Positions 1 to 8,535 of a DNA stretch of 35,997 nucleotides are shown here, one piece after another. Source of the stretch: Candidatus Aenigmatarchaeota archaeon. Lineage in GTDB: Archaea; Aenigmatarchaeota; Aenigmatarchaeia; CG10238-14; SCSR01. The position numbers were made by a program, and so were the translations under genes. The DNA is taken from NCBI GenBank assembly GCA_039000685.1, contig JAWBNW010000002.1, positions 1 through 35,997 of the forward strand, written 5' to 3'. Every line of letters starts with the position of its first letter. Position 1 is the stretch's first letter. The notes beneath the pieces were generated by a model that searched no databases, was not told where the DNA came from, and was given only the letters and a program-made list of their open reading frames with translations.

Positions 1-24
1 AAAGAAAGTGAAAATTTGTTCCTT

Positions 25-321
25 CTAGAACACTTCTACCAGTGTCTCGTAGACCACGAGCAAAGCTCCTAGCAAAGCCAGAAGCCATGCGACGAGCTCG
101 AAAGCTTCCCTTAACAAGCCGATCTGTGGTGATATGTAAACTGCAACAGCTGGGGCTGACCATGCCGCTGCTGACAAAAAAAGAGCTGCAGCAACGGCCA
201 TCAGTTGCCATCCTTTTGTTATCTTAATCTTTGCATATTGTGCCAAAGCTACTGCTAGAAGGAACCCTACACCCAAACCAAGCGTTCCTTCGAATACTAC
301 CATTCTTCCACCTAATTTCAA
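25..321 (-). CDS. small hydrophobic membrane protein, unknown function
   Basis: 98-aa ORF, Ala/Leu/Gly-rich with about 3 hydrophobic spans. Visibly more G+C-rich than the rest of the window. No family recognised. Confidence 0.35.
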   Translation of the reverse strand: MKLGGRMVVFEGTLGLGVGFLLAVALAQYAKIKITKGWQLMAVAAALFLSAAAWSAPAVAVYISPQIGLLREAFELVAWLLALLGALLVVYETLVEVF

Positions 322-429
322 TTAAAACAGATGAGCATATAAAGACTTCTGTTGTTTAAAGAATAGCTATTGTTTGGTGATAAATTTCTGATAGTTGTTT
401 AATAGAATTTAAATCCCAAGATTTAATTA

Positions 430-1101
430 ATGAGGATAGACCCTTCTAAAGCTTACAGACTCCTGTCGCCAAGAATTGTTGTTTTACTTGCGACTGCTAA
501 CTCCAAACATGGTATGAATGCAATCCCAATTGACTTCATTATTCCAGTCAACTATTTACCCCCGATAATTATGGTGGCAATTCAACAAGGCGGTCAAACA
601 TACAGAAACATAAAAGAAAGCGGGGAGTTTGTGGTGAACATCATGAGCAAAAAGTATTTGAATGAAGTAATGAGATGCGCCAAAAGATATCAAGAAGGTA
701 TAAACAAGATTCAGCAAGTTGGTTTACATCATTTTTCTTCTCAATTTGTGAGAGCACCAAGAATCAGGGAAGCAAAAGCCTGGCTTGAATGCAAGCTTGT
801 GGATGAAATTGTTTTCAAAGATCATGTAGCAATATTTGCTGAAATTGTTGTTGCTGAAGTTTCAGATGAAATTGTCACTAATGGTGAAATAGATTACTCT
901 AGAATCAATCCAATTCTCCACATCACAAAAGATTATTCAATAGAATTCAGGGCTACTAAAAAGAAAAAAATAAAAAATTCAAAAAGATTGAAATTACCAC
1001 TCTTCTTCTCCTTCTTCCTCTTCTTCTTCCCAGTCTTCTCCTTCATCCCAAGTATCATCAAACTCTTCGGATTCCATTTTTTCACCTATATGTCTATGTA
1101 A
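430..1101 (+). CDS. flavin reductase-like (FMN-binding split-barrel) domain protein
   Basis: The first ~175 aa resemble the flavin reductase-like domain (LLSPRIVVLLAT..., GMNAIPIDF, YRNIKESGEFVVNI, CKLVDEI..GDH..F.AEVV). The last ~45 aa are a low-complexity Phe/Ser tail, which is the antisense of GAA/GAG-rich DNA. Confidence 0.55.
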   Translation: MRIDPSKAYRLLSPRIVVLLATANSKHGMNAIPIDFIIPVNYLPPIIMVAIQQGGQTYRNIKESGEFVVNIMSKKYLNEVMRCAKRYQEGINKIQQVGLHHFSSQFVRAPRIREAKAWLECKLVDEIVFKDHVAIFAEIVVAEVSDEIVTNGEIDYSRINPILHITKDYSIEFRATKKKKIKNSKRLKLPLFFSFFLFFFPVFSFIPSIIKLFGFHFFTYMSM

Positions 1102-1202
1102 AGACACCTCAAAGTATTTAAATCTTTACTATCTTTAAAAAGATTACCACCCCGAAGTAATGTAATCTTTTTTTAAAAAAAATAAATCAAAAAGCAAAAA
1201 GC

Positions 1203-1211
1203 TTAAATTTA
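1203..1211 (+). promoter_or_regulatory. TATA-box-like element for the SRP RNA
   Basis: TTAAATTTA centred about 26 nt upstream of the first nucleotide of the terminal helix (1233), preceded by a purine-rich BRE-like stretch. Confidence 0.4.
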
Positions 1212-1232
1212 CTTTTGGCCTTAATTCTTTTT

Positions 1233-1518
1233 GCAGGAGGTCCCTGGTCGGAGAGCTAGGCCCTCTCTACTGGTAAAACAGTGGCAAATGGTCTAAATGG
1301 CCGATCAAAGCTTGAGGGCGGTACAGCTTTGGCAAACTATTCCAAGCTATTGACTGAGAAGTCTTGTCCCACAGGGCTGTCTTCCCATCGAACCCAGCTA
1401 GGCGAGGAATCGAGCAACTGTAAGATGGGCTGACAAGTGCTTGTGGTAAACAGGATGGAGAAGATAGCTTGGGTGTAAATAGTTTGTCGTGTTGTATCCA
1501 CCGAGAGCGACCTCCTGC
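1233..1518 (+). ncRNA. signal recognition particle RNA (archaeal 7S RNA)
   Basis: A 286-nt G+C-rich island in AT-rich DNA. The ends GCAGGAGGTC and GACCTCCTGC form a perfect 10-bp terminal helix. The internal CGAACCCAGCTAGGCGAGGAATCGAGCAACTG matches the conserved helix-8 core: GGAA tetraloop closed by CGA/TCG, with the AGG / AGCA symmetric loop (compare M. jannaschii CGAACCCCGCCAGGCCCGGAAGGGAGCAACGG, quoted from memory). Followed by a T5 run. Confidence 0.8.
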
Positions 1519-1523
1519 TTTTT
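1519..1523 (+). terminator. oligo-T terminator after the SRP RNA
   Basis: TTTTT immediately 3' of the terminal helix. Confidence 0.4.
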
Positions 1524-1538
1524 ATTTCAAAAGAAAAA

Positions 1539-2285
1539 GTGATTCACATGAAAAGCCTAATTTTAATTTTTATTTTGCTGTTCGCAGCAATAGCTTTCTT
1601 GAATTTTTTCACGACCAATTTTGGAAAGGTCAAGACAGAAGTACTAATTCCCAGCTTCGGAGAAAAAACTATTTCTGAAAGCAATGTTATTAAATTGCCT
1701 GTGCCTGCTGTAGACGAAGAAGGAAATGGTGTTTTAACAACACTGATAGTAGAAGCTGCTCCTGGTAAAGGGAGAGTTCTCACTGACATAAATCACTTGC
1801 TATTCTTCATTGACACTCAAAATTCTATTCAAATAGCAAAAGCTGTTGCCCAAAATATTACAGGTATAGATATTTCAAAGACCGATTTGATTTATCAGAT
1901 AGAAACCAATGCTTCAGCAATTGGTGGGCCTTCGGCTGGAGCTGCTTTGACGGTAGCAACTATAGCAGCTTTGGAAAATAAAACTTTAAATCAAAAAGTT
2001 GGAATAACTGGAACTATAAATCCAGATGGCTCCATAGGACCAGTTGGTGGGATAGAAGAAAAGGCTAAAGCTGCAAAAGAAGCGGGAATAGAAATTTTCT
2101 TGGTTCCAGAAGGGCAAGGAACTCAAGTGAGCTACACACCAAAAAGGGAATGCAGAAAGATTGGACCAATTTTGTATTGTACAACCGAATATCTGATAAA
2201 AAAAGTTGATGTGAGTGAAAGCGTTGGTATTCAAGTGAAAGAAGTGGGCAACATTCAAGAAGCATTAAAATACTTTTTGGAGTAA
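1539..2285 (+). CDS. membrane-anchored Lon-like S16 serine protease (proteolytic domain only)
   Basis: N-terminal TM segment, then the Lon C-terminal proteolytic domain signature: GGPSAGAALTVATIAAL (catalytic Ser) and GITGTINPDGSIGPVGGIEEKAKAAKEAG (catalytic Lys region). Confidence 0.75.
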   Translation: MIHMKSLILIFILLFAAIAFLNFFTTNFGKVKTEVLIPSFGEKTISESNVIKLPVPAVDEEGNGVLTTLIVEAAPGKGRVLTDINHLLFFIDTQNSIQIAKAVAQNITGIDISKTDLIYQIETNASAIGGPSAGAALTVATIAALENKTLNQKVGITGTINPDGSIGPVGGIEEKAKAAKEAGIEIFLVPEGQGTQVSYTPKRECRKIGPILYCTTEYLIKKVDVSESVGIQVKEVGNIQEALKYFLE

Positions 2286-2855
2286 ATGATTATCATGAAA
2301 CTTCAAGAACTTTTCACGAAAGAGGAAGTGAGGGATTTGGCTGTTTCAACCATAGCTATTTCTCTCATCTTTGCTTTCCCAAGATTTGAATTCTTTTTCT
2401 TCTATTTGATTGCTGTTGTCTTTGCTTTTGTTTTTCATGAGCTTGCTCACAAGTTTGTTGCCATGAAGTTCCATTGTGCAGCTTCTTATGAAATGTGGCC
2501 TCTTGGTTTGGGAATGGGTTTTTTGTTCATGTTGTTTGGGATAAAAATACTTGCTCCTGGGGCAGTGATAATAAGGCCTTACAGGTTTGGGAGATGGGGA
2601 TTTAGAGTTACTAGGCTTACCGTGCCTGAAAACGGAATTATATCCTTAGCTGGTCCTGTTGTGAATTTAGCTTTTGCTTTAATCTTCTATCCTTTCCCTG
2701 CCTTGAGCTTCATCTCTGATGTAAATGCCTGGCTTGCTTTTTTCAATCTTTTACCAATTCCTCCTTTAGACGGAAGTAAAGTGATAAGATGGAAACCGTG
2801 GGTTTGGTTGCTTTTTATCATCACAGCTTTTATTTTGATGTCAAGGTTCTTTTAA
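2286..2855 (+). CDS. M50-family (site-2 protease-like) membrane metalloprotease
   Basis: HELAHKF (HExxH) inside a TM segment plus the downstream FNLLPIPPLDGSKV motif. Multi-pass hydrophobic protein. The start abuts the upstream stop codon. Confidence 0.75.
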   Translation: MIIMKLQELFTKEEVRDLAVSTIAISLIFAFPRFEFFFFYLIAVVFAFVFHELAHKFVAMKFHCAASYEMWPLGLGMGFLFMLFGIKILAPGAVIIRPYRFGRWGFRVTRLTVPENGIISLAGPVVNLAFALIFYPFPALSFISDVNAWLAFFNLLPIPPLDGSKVIRWKPWVWLLFIITAFILMSRFF

Positions 2856-5225
2856 GTGAAATTAATGAAAGTGATAGCTGATTTTCACATTCATTCATTT
2901 TGGAGTAGAGCAACAAGCAAACAAATGAATTTAGATGGTATTAGTGATGGGGCAAAAATCAAAGGTTTAAACTTAGTTGGCACTGGTGATTTTACTCATC
3001 CAAAGTGGTTTGACGAATTGAGAAAAAAATTGAAACCTGTAGAAAATAGTGGATTGTTTGAATTCAATGGTATCTTGTTTACTTTAACCAGTGAAGTTGC
3101 AACCTACTTTGAAGTTGGAGGGATGATGAAAAGGGTTCATCATGTCATTCATGCCCCTAGCTTTGATGTTGTAAATCAAATAAATGAAGCTTTAAAAAAA
3201 TATGGTGACTTGGCTTCTGACGGTAGGCCAATTTTAAATTTGAGTGCAACAGAACTTGTGGAAATTTTAACTCAAATTAGCAATGATATTTTAATTTATC
3301 CAGCACATGCCTGGACGCCTTGGATGAGCTGTTTTGGAAGTAAATCAGGCTTTAATTCAATGGAAGAATGTTATCAAGATCAAGCCAAGCATATCTATGC
3401 ATTGGAAACTGGAATGTCTTGTTATGATGGGAAAACTGAAGTTTTAACCAGTAATGGTTGGAAAAAAATTTCTCGGGTAAAAAAATCAGATGAAATTTGC
3501 ACTTTAGATCCTAAAACAAACGAGATTAAATTTCAAAAGCCTAAGGAGATATTCTCTTATAAATACAAAGGAAAAATGTACAGACTGAAAACTAAAAGAG
3601 TAGATTTGTTTGTTACTCCAAATCATAAACTTTTCGTTAGCAAATGCGATTTTCACAAACAACCTAAATTCTTTTTAAAAGAAGCCGAATTTCTGTTCAA
3701 TAAATCAAAGAGATTTAAAAAAGATGGCATTTGGGTCGGTAATAATACAAACTTTTTTGTTTTACCTTCTGTGAAAATAAAATACGGAAATCACCATTAC
3801 AAAGGGTTCCGAGTCAAGAAAGAAAAGAAAATTCCTATAAAACCATGGTTGAAATTTTTTGGATTTTGGCTAGCAGAAGGGTGGACAACAGAAGGAAAAA
3901 ACGGGGACTATTGTGTCTACATAGCTAATTCTAATAAGAGTTTAATTTCCGAAATGCAGCAAATTCTCAAAAGTTTTGGATATAATCCTTATCTTTATAC
4001 AAATAAAGGAATTGAGACGCTAAGGATAAGAGACTATCAATTATTTCATTATCTTAAACAGTTTGGGAAAAGTTCTGATAGATTTGTTCCCAAAGAAATA
4101 AAGTCTTTGCAAAAAGGGCTTCTTGAAATATTTTTCAACTACTATATTAAAGGAGATGGACACATTTATGGCCGAAAAGGCAGGGGTTTGTCTGCAATCA
4201 CTAGCTCTACCAGATTGCGAGACGATCTTCAGGAAATTGCATTAAAAATAGGAATTTCCGCTTATTATAAATTACATAAGAAAAAAGGAACTTTATTTCT
4301 TAGTCCTGGTTATAAGTATTCTAGAAAGTACAAACAAAAAAAAGATACTTGGGTTGTTTATTTTATTAGGAAAAATATTCACACAGTGTTGCCATCCGCT
4401 ATCAAAAAAAATAAATATATAGAATCTTGGGTTGATTTTAATGGTAAAGTATTTTGTGTATCTGTTCCAAATCAAGTAATTTATATTAGAAGAAACGGTA
4501 TTCCTGTTTGGTGTGGAAATTCCGACCCCGCGATGAACTGGAGATTGTCTGATTTGGACAGGTTCACTCTTGTGAGTAACAGTGATAGCCACAGCCCATG
4601 GAGCTGGCGTTTGGGAAGAGAAGCAAATGTTTTTGATTTGAAAAAAATAACCTATTGGGAAATTTTTGATGCTATTAAAAATAAAGACAAGAAAAGTTTT
4701 TTGTACACGATAGAAGTTGACCCAAACTATGGAAAATATCATTTCACTGGTCATAGGAATTGTAATGTGGTTTTGCATCCAAGAGATGCTATTAAGTTAA
4801 ACAATATTTGTCCAAAATGTCATAGAAAACTTACAGTTGGTGTGTTGCAGAGAGTGGAAGAACTTGCTGATAGGCCAGAAGGTTTTGTTCCAAAAGACGC
4901 CATTCCTTTCAAGACTCTGTTGCCTTTGTATGAAATCATTTCTTTTGCTTGGGGTTCGGGAGAGCTTTATTCAAAAAAAGTTTTGGAAGAGCATAACAAA
5001 CTAATAGAAAAGTTTGGAAATGAATTGAATGTTTTGTTGAATGTTCCAAAAGAAGAGCTGGTAAAAGTTACGAATGAAAAAATTGCAAATGCGATAATAA
5101 AAGTGAGAGAAGGAAAAGTCAAATACATACAGGGGGCAGATGGTCGATATGGTCAACCAATTTTCGATGAAAGAATTATTCCTAAACAGAGCTTTCATTA
5201 CCAAAAAAATCTAACTGAATTTTAG
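2856..5225 (+). CDS. endonuclease Q-like PHP-domain nuclease, interrupted by an intein
   Basis: N-terminal ADFHIHS...KGLNLVGTGDFTHP, then RVHHV, PAHAWTPW, and after the intein SDPAM...LVSNSDSHSP..RLGREANVF, GKYHFTGH and the zinc-finger CPKC. This parallels P. furiosus EndoQ as I remember it. The extein is 422 aa. GTG at 2856 or ATG at 2865 could be the start. Confidence 0.7.
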   Translation: MKLMKVIADFHIHSFWSRATSKQMNLDGISDGAKIKGLNLVGTGDFTHPKWFDELRKKLKPVENSGLFEFNGILFTLTSEVATYFEVGGMMKRVHHVIHAPSFDVVNQINEALKKYGDLASDGRPILNLSATELVEILTQISNDILIYPAHAWTPWMSCFGSKSGFNSMEECYQDQAKHIYALETGMSCYDGKTEVLTSNGWKKISRVKKSDEICTLDPKTNEIKFQKPKEIFSYKYKGKMYRLKTKRVDLFVTPNHKLFVSKCDFHKQPKFFLKEAEFLFNKSKRFKKDGIWVGNNTNFFVLPSVKIKYGNHHYKGFRVKKEKKIPIKPWLKFFGFWLAEGWTTEGKNGDYCVYIANSNKSLISEMQQILKSFGYNPYLYTNKGIETLRIRDYQLFHYLKQFGKSSDRFVPKEIKSLQKGLLEIFFNYYIKGDGHIYGRKGRGLSAITSSTRLRDDLQEIALKIGISAYYKLHKKKGTLFLSPGYKYSRKYKQKKDTWVVYFIRKNIHTVLPSAIKKNKYIESWVDFNGKVFCVSVPNQVIYIRRNGIPVWCGNSDPAMNWRLSDLDRFTLVSNSDSHSPWSWRLGREANVFDLKKITYWEIFDAIKNKDKKSFLYTIEVDPNYGKYHFTGHRNCNVVLHPRDAIKLNNICPKCHRKLTVGVLQRVEELADRPEGFVPKDAIPFKTLLPLYEIISFAWGSGELYSKKVLEEHNKLIEKFGNELNVLLNVPKEELVKVTNEKIANAIIKVREGKVKYIQGADGRYGQPIFDERIIPKQSFHYQKNLTEF
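3420..4520 (+). mobile_element. intein (367 aa) with a LAGLIDADG homing-endonuclease domain
   Basis: Starts with Cys (ETGMS|CYDGKTEVLTSNGW). Block B is VTPNHKLF. The two LAGLIDADG motifs are FFGFWLAEGWT and FNYYIKGDGHI. It ends ...NGIPVWCGN|SDPAM with Ser at +1. Length 1101 nt, in frame. Confidence 0.8.
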
Positions 5226-6758
5226 TGTCTTCTTAGCCAATTCTTTATACTTTATTGTATCTTTTTTAATTTTACTTGATAAAAACTTCCATTCTTTTTC
5301 TATCTCCTCTAATGGTTTATTACCAGAATTGAGCACTAACTTACTTTTCTTAATTTTTTCTTCATGTCTAAGTGGCAATAATTTTAACAATTTTTTCACT
5401 TCACCTTTCCTTCCTATTCTCAGATTCCACACAATTCTTTCCCCGAAATGATCTTTGTTTATTTTTCCTTGAAATAAAAGAGGTTTAAATCCTCTATTCA
5501 GAAAACCTTTTGCTACATCATTTAGCAATTCGAAATCTGTCGATGTGATATTTATCCAAAATCTTAAGTAGTTATTATAAATGCCCAAAGCAACGGTTCC
5601 TTCAGAATCTATAAGACCTGCTACAAAATTTAAAAACAATTCCTTATTCAAAAGTATTTCTGAAGGTACTTTATTTAATTTCTCTACCAAGAAAGAAAAA
5701 GATCTGTCTAAATAAGCCGAAATCCTCCATGCGTATTCTCCTTTTCTGTTTTCAAATGGGTACTTCCTGATGAAACCAAAATTTCCAAACAACTTGTTCA
5801 TTAATATTTCCCATGCTGGATGAGTTGTACTAACATCACAAATAACTCTCTTATCATCAATAAGGGCGTGTAAGTCTCCACATCTTAACCCTAGTAGATA
5901 ACACTTAAATTTTGTCATTTCTCTGCTATCTTCTATAAATGGTCTTTTTGGATATTTTGTAAGAGCATCTGAAATACTTCTTCTTGGAATGTTGTATTTT
6001 TCTAATCGCTTTCTAATTTTAGCACCACTTAAATCAAAAAGTAAACCTATTTCCCTTGAACTTAATTTACATTCCAAGTATAGATGCTCCAGAACTTCTT
6101 TGGGGATTTCTTCCGAACTTATAGCTAATCCTAATGATTTTCTCTTTTTAAATTTGTTATAAATTTCATTCACGATTTTACGAATTTTTGGCTTAACTTT
6201 CTTTAAGAGAAGATTCCTCTCTTTTTGATCAACAACTCTTTTCTGAATACTCCTTCGTGTCTTTATTTTAAATTTTTTAAGTAAGTTTTCAATAGTTTTT
6301 CTATTAACTTCAAACAAAATGCCAATTTTAGAAGCGCTTAATTTATTTTCTATGTATAATTTCTTAAGCAATTGGAAAGGAATGTTTACTTTTTTAGGTT
6401 TAATTTCTTTCTTGCATTTTTCAATTTCTAACCGTAAGCTACGAGGTAATAATCTTAAAAGGAATTGTCTGCTTGGATTTCTTCTGGGAGGAGCCGCCTC
6501 ATGAAGACTACTTTTTCTAATGTTAAGTTTTGAAAACCATTTATAAATCGTGTCATAATCTTTTTCAAATAACGAAGCTATTTTTCTTAAACTTAATTTA
6601 TAGTTCCAATAAAGTTTTTTCAATATTTCTTTGAGCTTCTCTTTATCGTTCTTAGTTAATTTTGAGAATTTTTTGCCTTTTAAATGCTCATAAAACCCTT
6701 TAACCATTCTCTGGACTTCACGTGGTAACGTGTCCAAAATTTTATTTTTCTCTTCCAT
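5211..6758 (-). CDS. free-standing LAGLIDADG endonuclease-like protein with three tandem N-terminal HTH modules
   Basis: Three ~65-aa repeats of LYxxxKLSxRxIxxLFxxxxxTIxxxxxKxxIxxRRS, then the LAGLIDADG motifs YLLGLRCGDLH and FVAGLIDSEGTV. Confidence 0.75.
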   Translation of the reverse strand: MEEKNKILDTLPREVQRMVKGFYEHLKGKKFSKLTKNDKEKLKEILKKLYWNYKLSLRKIASLFEKDYDTIYKWFSKLNIRKSSLHEAAPPRRNPSRQFLLRLLPRSLRLEIEKCKKEIKPKKVNIPFQLLKKLYIENKLSASKIGILFEVNRKTIENLLKKFKIKTRRSIQKRVVDQKERNLLLKKVKPKIRKIVNEIYNKFKKRKSLGLAISSEEIPKEVLEHLYLECKLSSREIGLLFDLSGAKIRKRLEKYNIPRRSISDALTKYPKRPFIEDSREMTKFKCYLLGLRCGDLHALIDDKRVICDVSTTHPAWEILMNKLFGNFGFIRKYPFENRKGEYAWRISAYLDRSFSFLVEKLNKVPSEILLNKELFLNFVAGLIDSEGTVALGIYNNYLRFWINITSTDFELLNDVAKGFLNRGFKPLLFQGKINKDHFGERIVWNLRIGRKGEVKKLLKLLPLRHEEKIKKSKLVLNSGNKPLEEIEKEWKFLSSKIKKDTIKYKELAKKTLKFS

Positions 6759-6845
6759 ATTTTATCACTTTATCATTTTATCTATATAATATCATATAGA
6801 CATACATATTTAAATACTTGACGGTTAAATATTATTAGTGGCGTT

Positions 6846-6992
6846 ATGGGTAGGTTAATGGTTAATGATGTTGATGATGCTATACTAAGAGAATTTAAAG
6901 CAAGAATAATTAAAAAACATGGAACTTTGAGGGGCCATTTTGGAGAAGAAACTACAAAAGCATTGAAATTGTGGCTCGAAAAAGAAAAGTGA
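6846..6992 (+). CDS. small ribbon-helix-helix (CopG/antitoxin-like) protein, 48 aa
   Basis: Below the length cutoff of the ORF track. Sequence MGRLMVNDVDDAILREFKARIIKKHGTLRGHFGEETTKALKLWLEKEK has a beta-alpha-alpha pattern typical of RHH DNA binders. Confidence 0.45.
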   Translation: MGRLMVNDVDDAILREFKARIIKKHGTLRGHFGEETTKALKLWLEKEK

Positions 6993-6996
6993 CTTC

Positions 6997-7102
6997 ATGA
7001 AATTAAAATTCCCTCCTTGCGGAGCCCTTTGTGAAATTTGTAAAGATTTCAAAATTAGATGCAAAGGCTGCATAGAAACAAAAATTTCCATCTCAAAAAA
7101 AT
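6997..7102 (+). pseudogene. possible N-terminal remnant of a Cys-rich DUF3795-like gene
   Basis: MKLKFPPCGALCEICKDFKIRCKGCIETK has a CGxxCxxC...CxGC pattern. The ORF then runs antisense into the well-supported dcd/dut gene, so only ~35 codons are free-standing. Confidence 0.2.
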
Positions 7103-7618
7103 TTAAGACAGTTTTGAAATATTTTCACCTTTGTAAATTCCTGAGTAAATATGGTTTGTGGGTTTGTTCAGTTTCAAAAAAACAAATTGAGCTATCCTTG
7201 CATTTTCTTTTATTTTTATTCCATTTTTGTTGAAAACTACAAGCAAAGAATTGCTTCTTCCTTGATATCCTGGATCCCAGAGGGAAGAAACTACAGTTGC
7301 TCCCATTCTAACCAAAGAAGATCTTGGTCTTAAAAAAGCCATCAAATCATTTGGCACATTCACAATTTCATTGAAAGTTATTAGATAGCAGCCTTGGTTG
7401 AGCTTGAGCCAACCTTGCTTAAATTTAATTTTCTCAAGATTTGGAAGCTTTCTTTCTTGATTCGAAAAATCTATTTGGCCAAAACTTTCGAAATTGTAAA
7501 CTTCTCTTAAAGTTAAATCAAAACTTGCTGGCTGTGCTTGCTTATCAAGATCCAAAAAATCTTCTATAAGCTTATCTTTATTTATCCTTTCCAAAATTTC
7601 TTCTTTTGATAAAATCAT
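7103..7618 (-). CDS. dCTP deaminase / dUTPase superfamily protein
   Basis: 171 aa with FDLTL, LRPRSSLVRMG and SLWDPGYQGRS motifs typical of the trimeric dUTPase/Dcd fold. Confidence 0.75.
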   Translation of the reverse strand: MILSKEEILERINKDKLIEDFLDLDKQAQPASFDLTLREVYNFESFGQIDFSNQERKLPNLEKIKFKQGWLKLNQGCYLITFNEIVNVPNDLMAFLRPRSSLVRMGATVVSSLWDPGYQGRSNSLLVVFNKNGIKIKENARIAQFVFLKLNKPTNHIYSGIYKGENISKLS

Positions 7619-7651
7619 GAATTAAATTTATAGACTTAAATAAATATTATT

Positions 7652-7722
7652 GGGTCCGTAGTCTAACGGTAGGACACCGCTCTCACACAGCGGAGAATTG
7701 GGTTCAATTCCCAACGGACCCA
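7652..7722 (+). tRNA. tRNA-Val (CAC), no intron
   Basis: Manual cloverleaf: acceptor GGGTCCG/CGGACCC, D stem GTCT/GGAC, anticodon stem CCGCT/AGCGG with loop CTCACAC, T arm TTGGG-TTCAATT-CCCAA, discriminator A. No encoded CCA. Confidence 0.9.
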
Positions 7723-7761
7723 TTTTGCAAATTTAAGCAAGAACAAAAACAATTTGTTTAT

Positions 7762-8535
7762 ATGCTTGAACAAGTGAAAATTTTTTTATATTCCTTATTT
7801 TCACCTCAACCACACTACACTTTCTTGAACACTTTTGTTTATGCGATTGGTTTTGTTTTTGCATCTTACTTTTTTTTCCTATTTCTAAAAAGAATGAAAA
7901 TCAAAATAGATAGAAATTTGTCAATATCCTTAATTCCTTTTGTGCTTCTTGGTAGTTGTTTAAGAGTGTTTGTTGATGCCAAAATCCTTGAAAGTATCTT
8001 TCTTAGAACTCCTTTAATTTACCTTACTATCGGTTTCCTGTTTGTTTCTGTTTTGTTGTTTTCAATTTTCTTGCAGAAAAAGTACAGAATACCCTACTTT
8101 AAGCTAACTTATCGCATAGGAATTTTGCTATCTGCACCAATGATAGCAATTATATTAATTAAAATTGTCAATCCTTTATCATCTTTTCTTGTGTTGATTT
8201 TTCTTTCACCTTGGTTGATCTTACTGAAAATTTTAAAATGGAAAGGAGAAAATAAAGCTGTTTTTCTTACCCAAATTTTTGATGCCACTGTCAGCTTTGT
8301 TGGTATGAATTTTTTTGGCTATGAGGAAATGCATGTCTTACCAAAAATTTTCATTGAATCCTTCGGTCCAATTTCTTTCGTATTTTTGAAAGCTTTAGTT
8401 GTCTTTTCTATTCTAACTCTAATTGAAAAATTGAAAGGAGAGAAAGAAATCAAAAATTTCATCAAGCTAATGATAGGAATTCTCGGGGCTTCAACAGGAA
8501 TTAGAGATCTTTTCAGAATTCTCCTTCTGGTTTAA
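7762..8535 (+). CDS. polytopic membrane protein (DUF63-like, tentative)
   Basis: 257 aa with about 7 hydrophobic spans. The FDATVSFVGMNFFGYEEMHVLP segment resembles the archaeal DUF63 family as I recall it. Confidence 0.4.
   Translation: MLEQVKIFLYSLFSPQPHYTFLNTFVYAIGFVFASYFFFLFLKRMKIKIDRNLSISLIPFVLLGSCLRVFVDAKILESIFLRTPLIYLTIGFLFVSVLLFSIFLQKKYRIPYFKLTYRIGILLSAPMIAIILIKIVNPLSSFLVLIFLSPWLILLKILKWKGENKAVFLTQIFDATVSFVGMNFFGYEEMHVLPKIFIESFGPISFVFLKALVVFSILTLIEKLKGEKEIKNFIKLMIGILGASTGIRDLFRILLLV

Noticed and set aside
1233-1518. RNase P RNA as the identity of the structured G+C-rich RNA
   Set aside because: There is no GAGGAAAGTCC-type CR-I element and no ACAGAA-type CR-IV/V element. Instead the sequence contains the SRP helix-8 core (GAACCC...AGGC-GA-GGAA-TCG-AGCAAC) at the expected relative position.
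1469-1678. 69-aa ORF overlapping the 3' part of the SRP RNA and the start of the Lon-like gene
   Set aside because: It lies inside a structural RNA and overlaps the Lon-like protease gene out of frame, with no recognisable protein features.
6885-7091. 68-aa minus-strand ORF in the 6759..7102 gap
   Set aside because: It is antisense to the better-looking RHH ORF and has a low-complexity Phe/Ser-rich composition.
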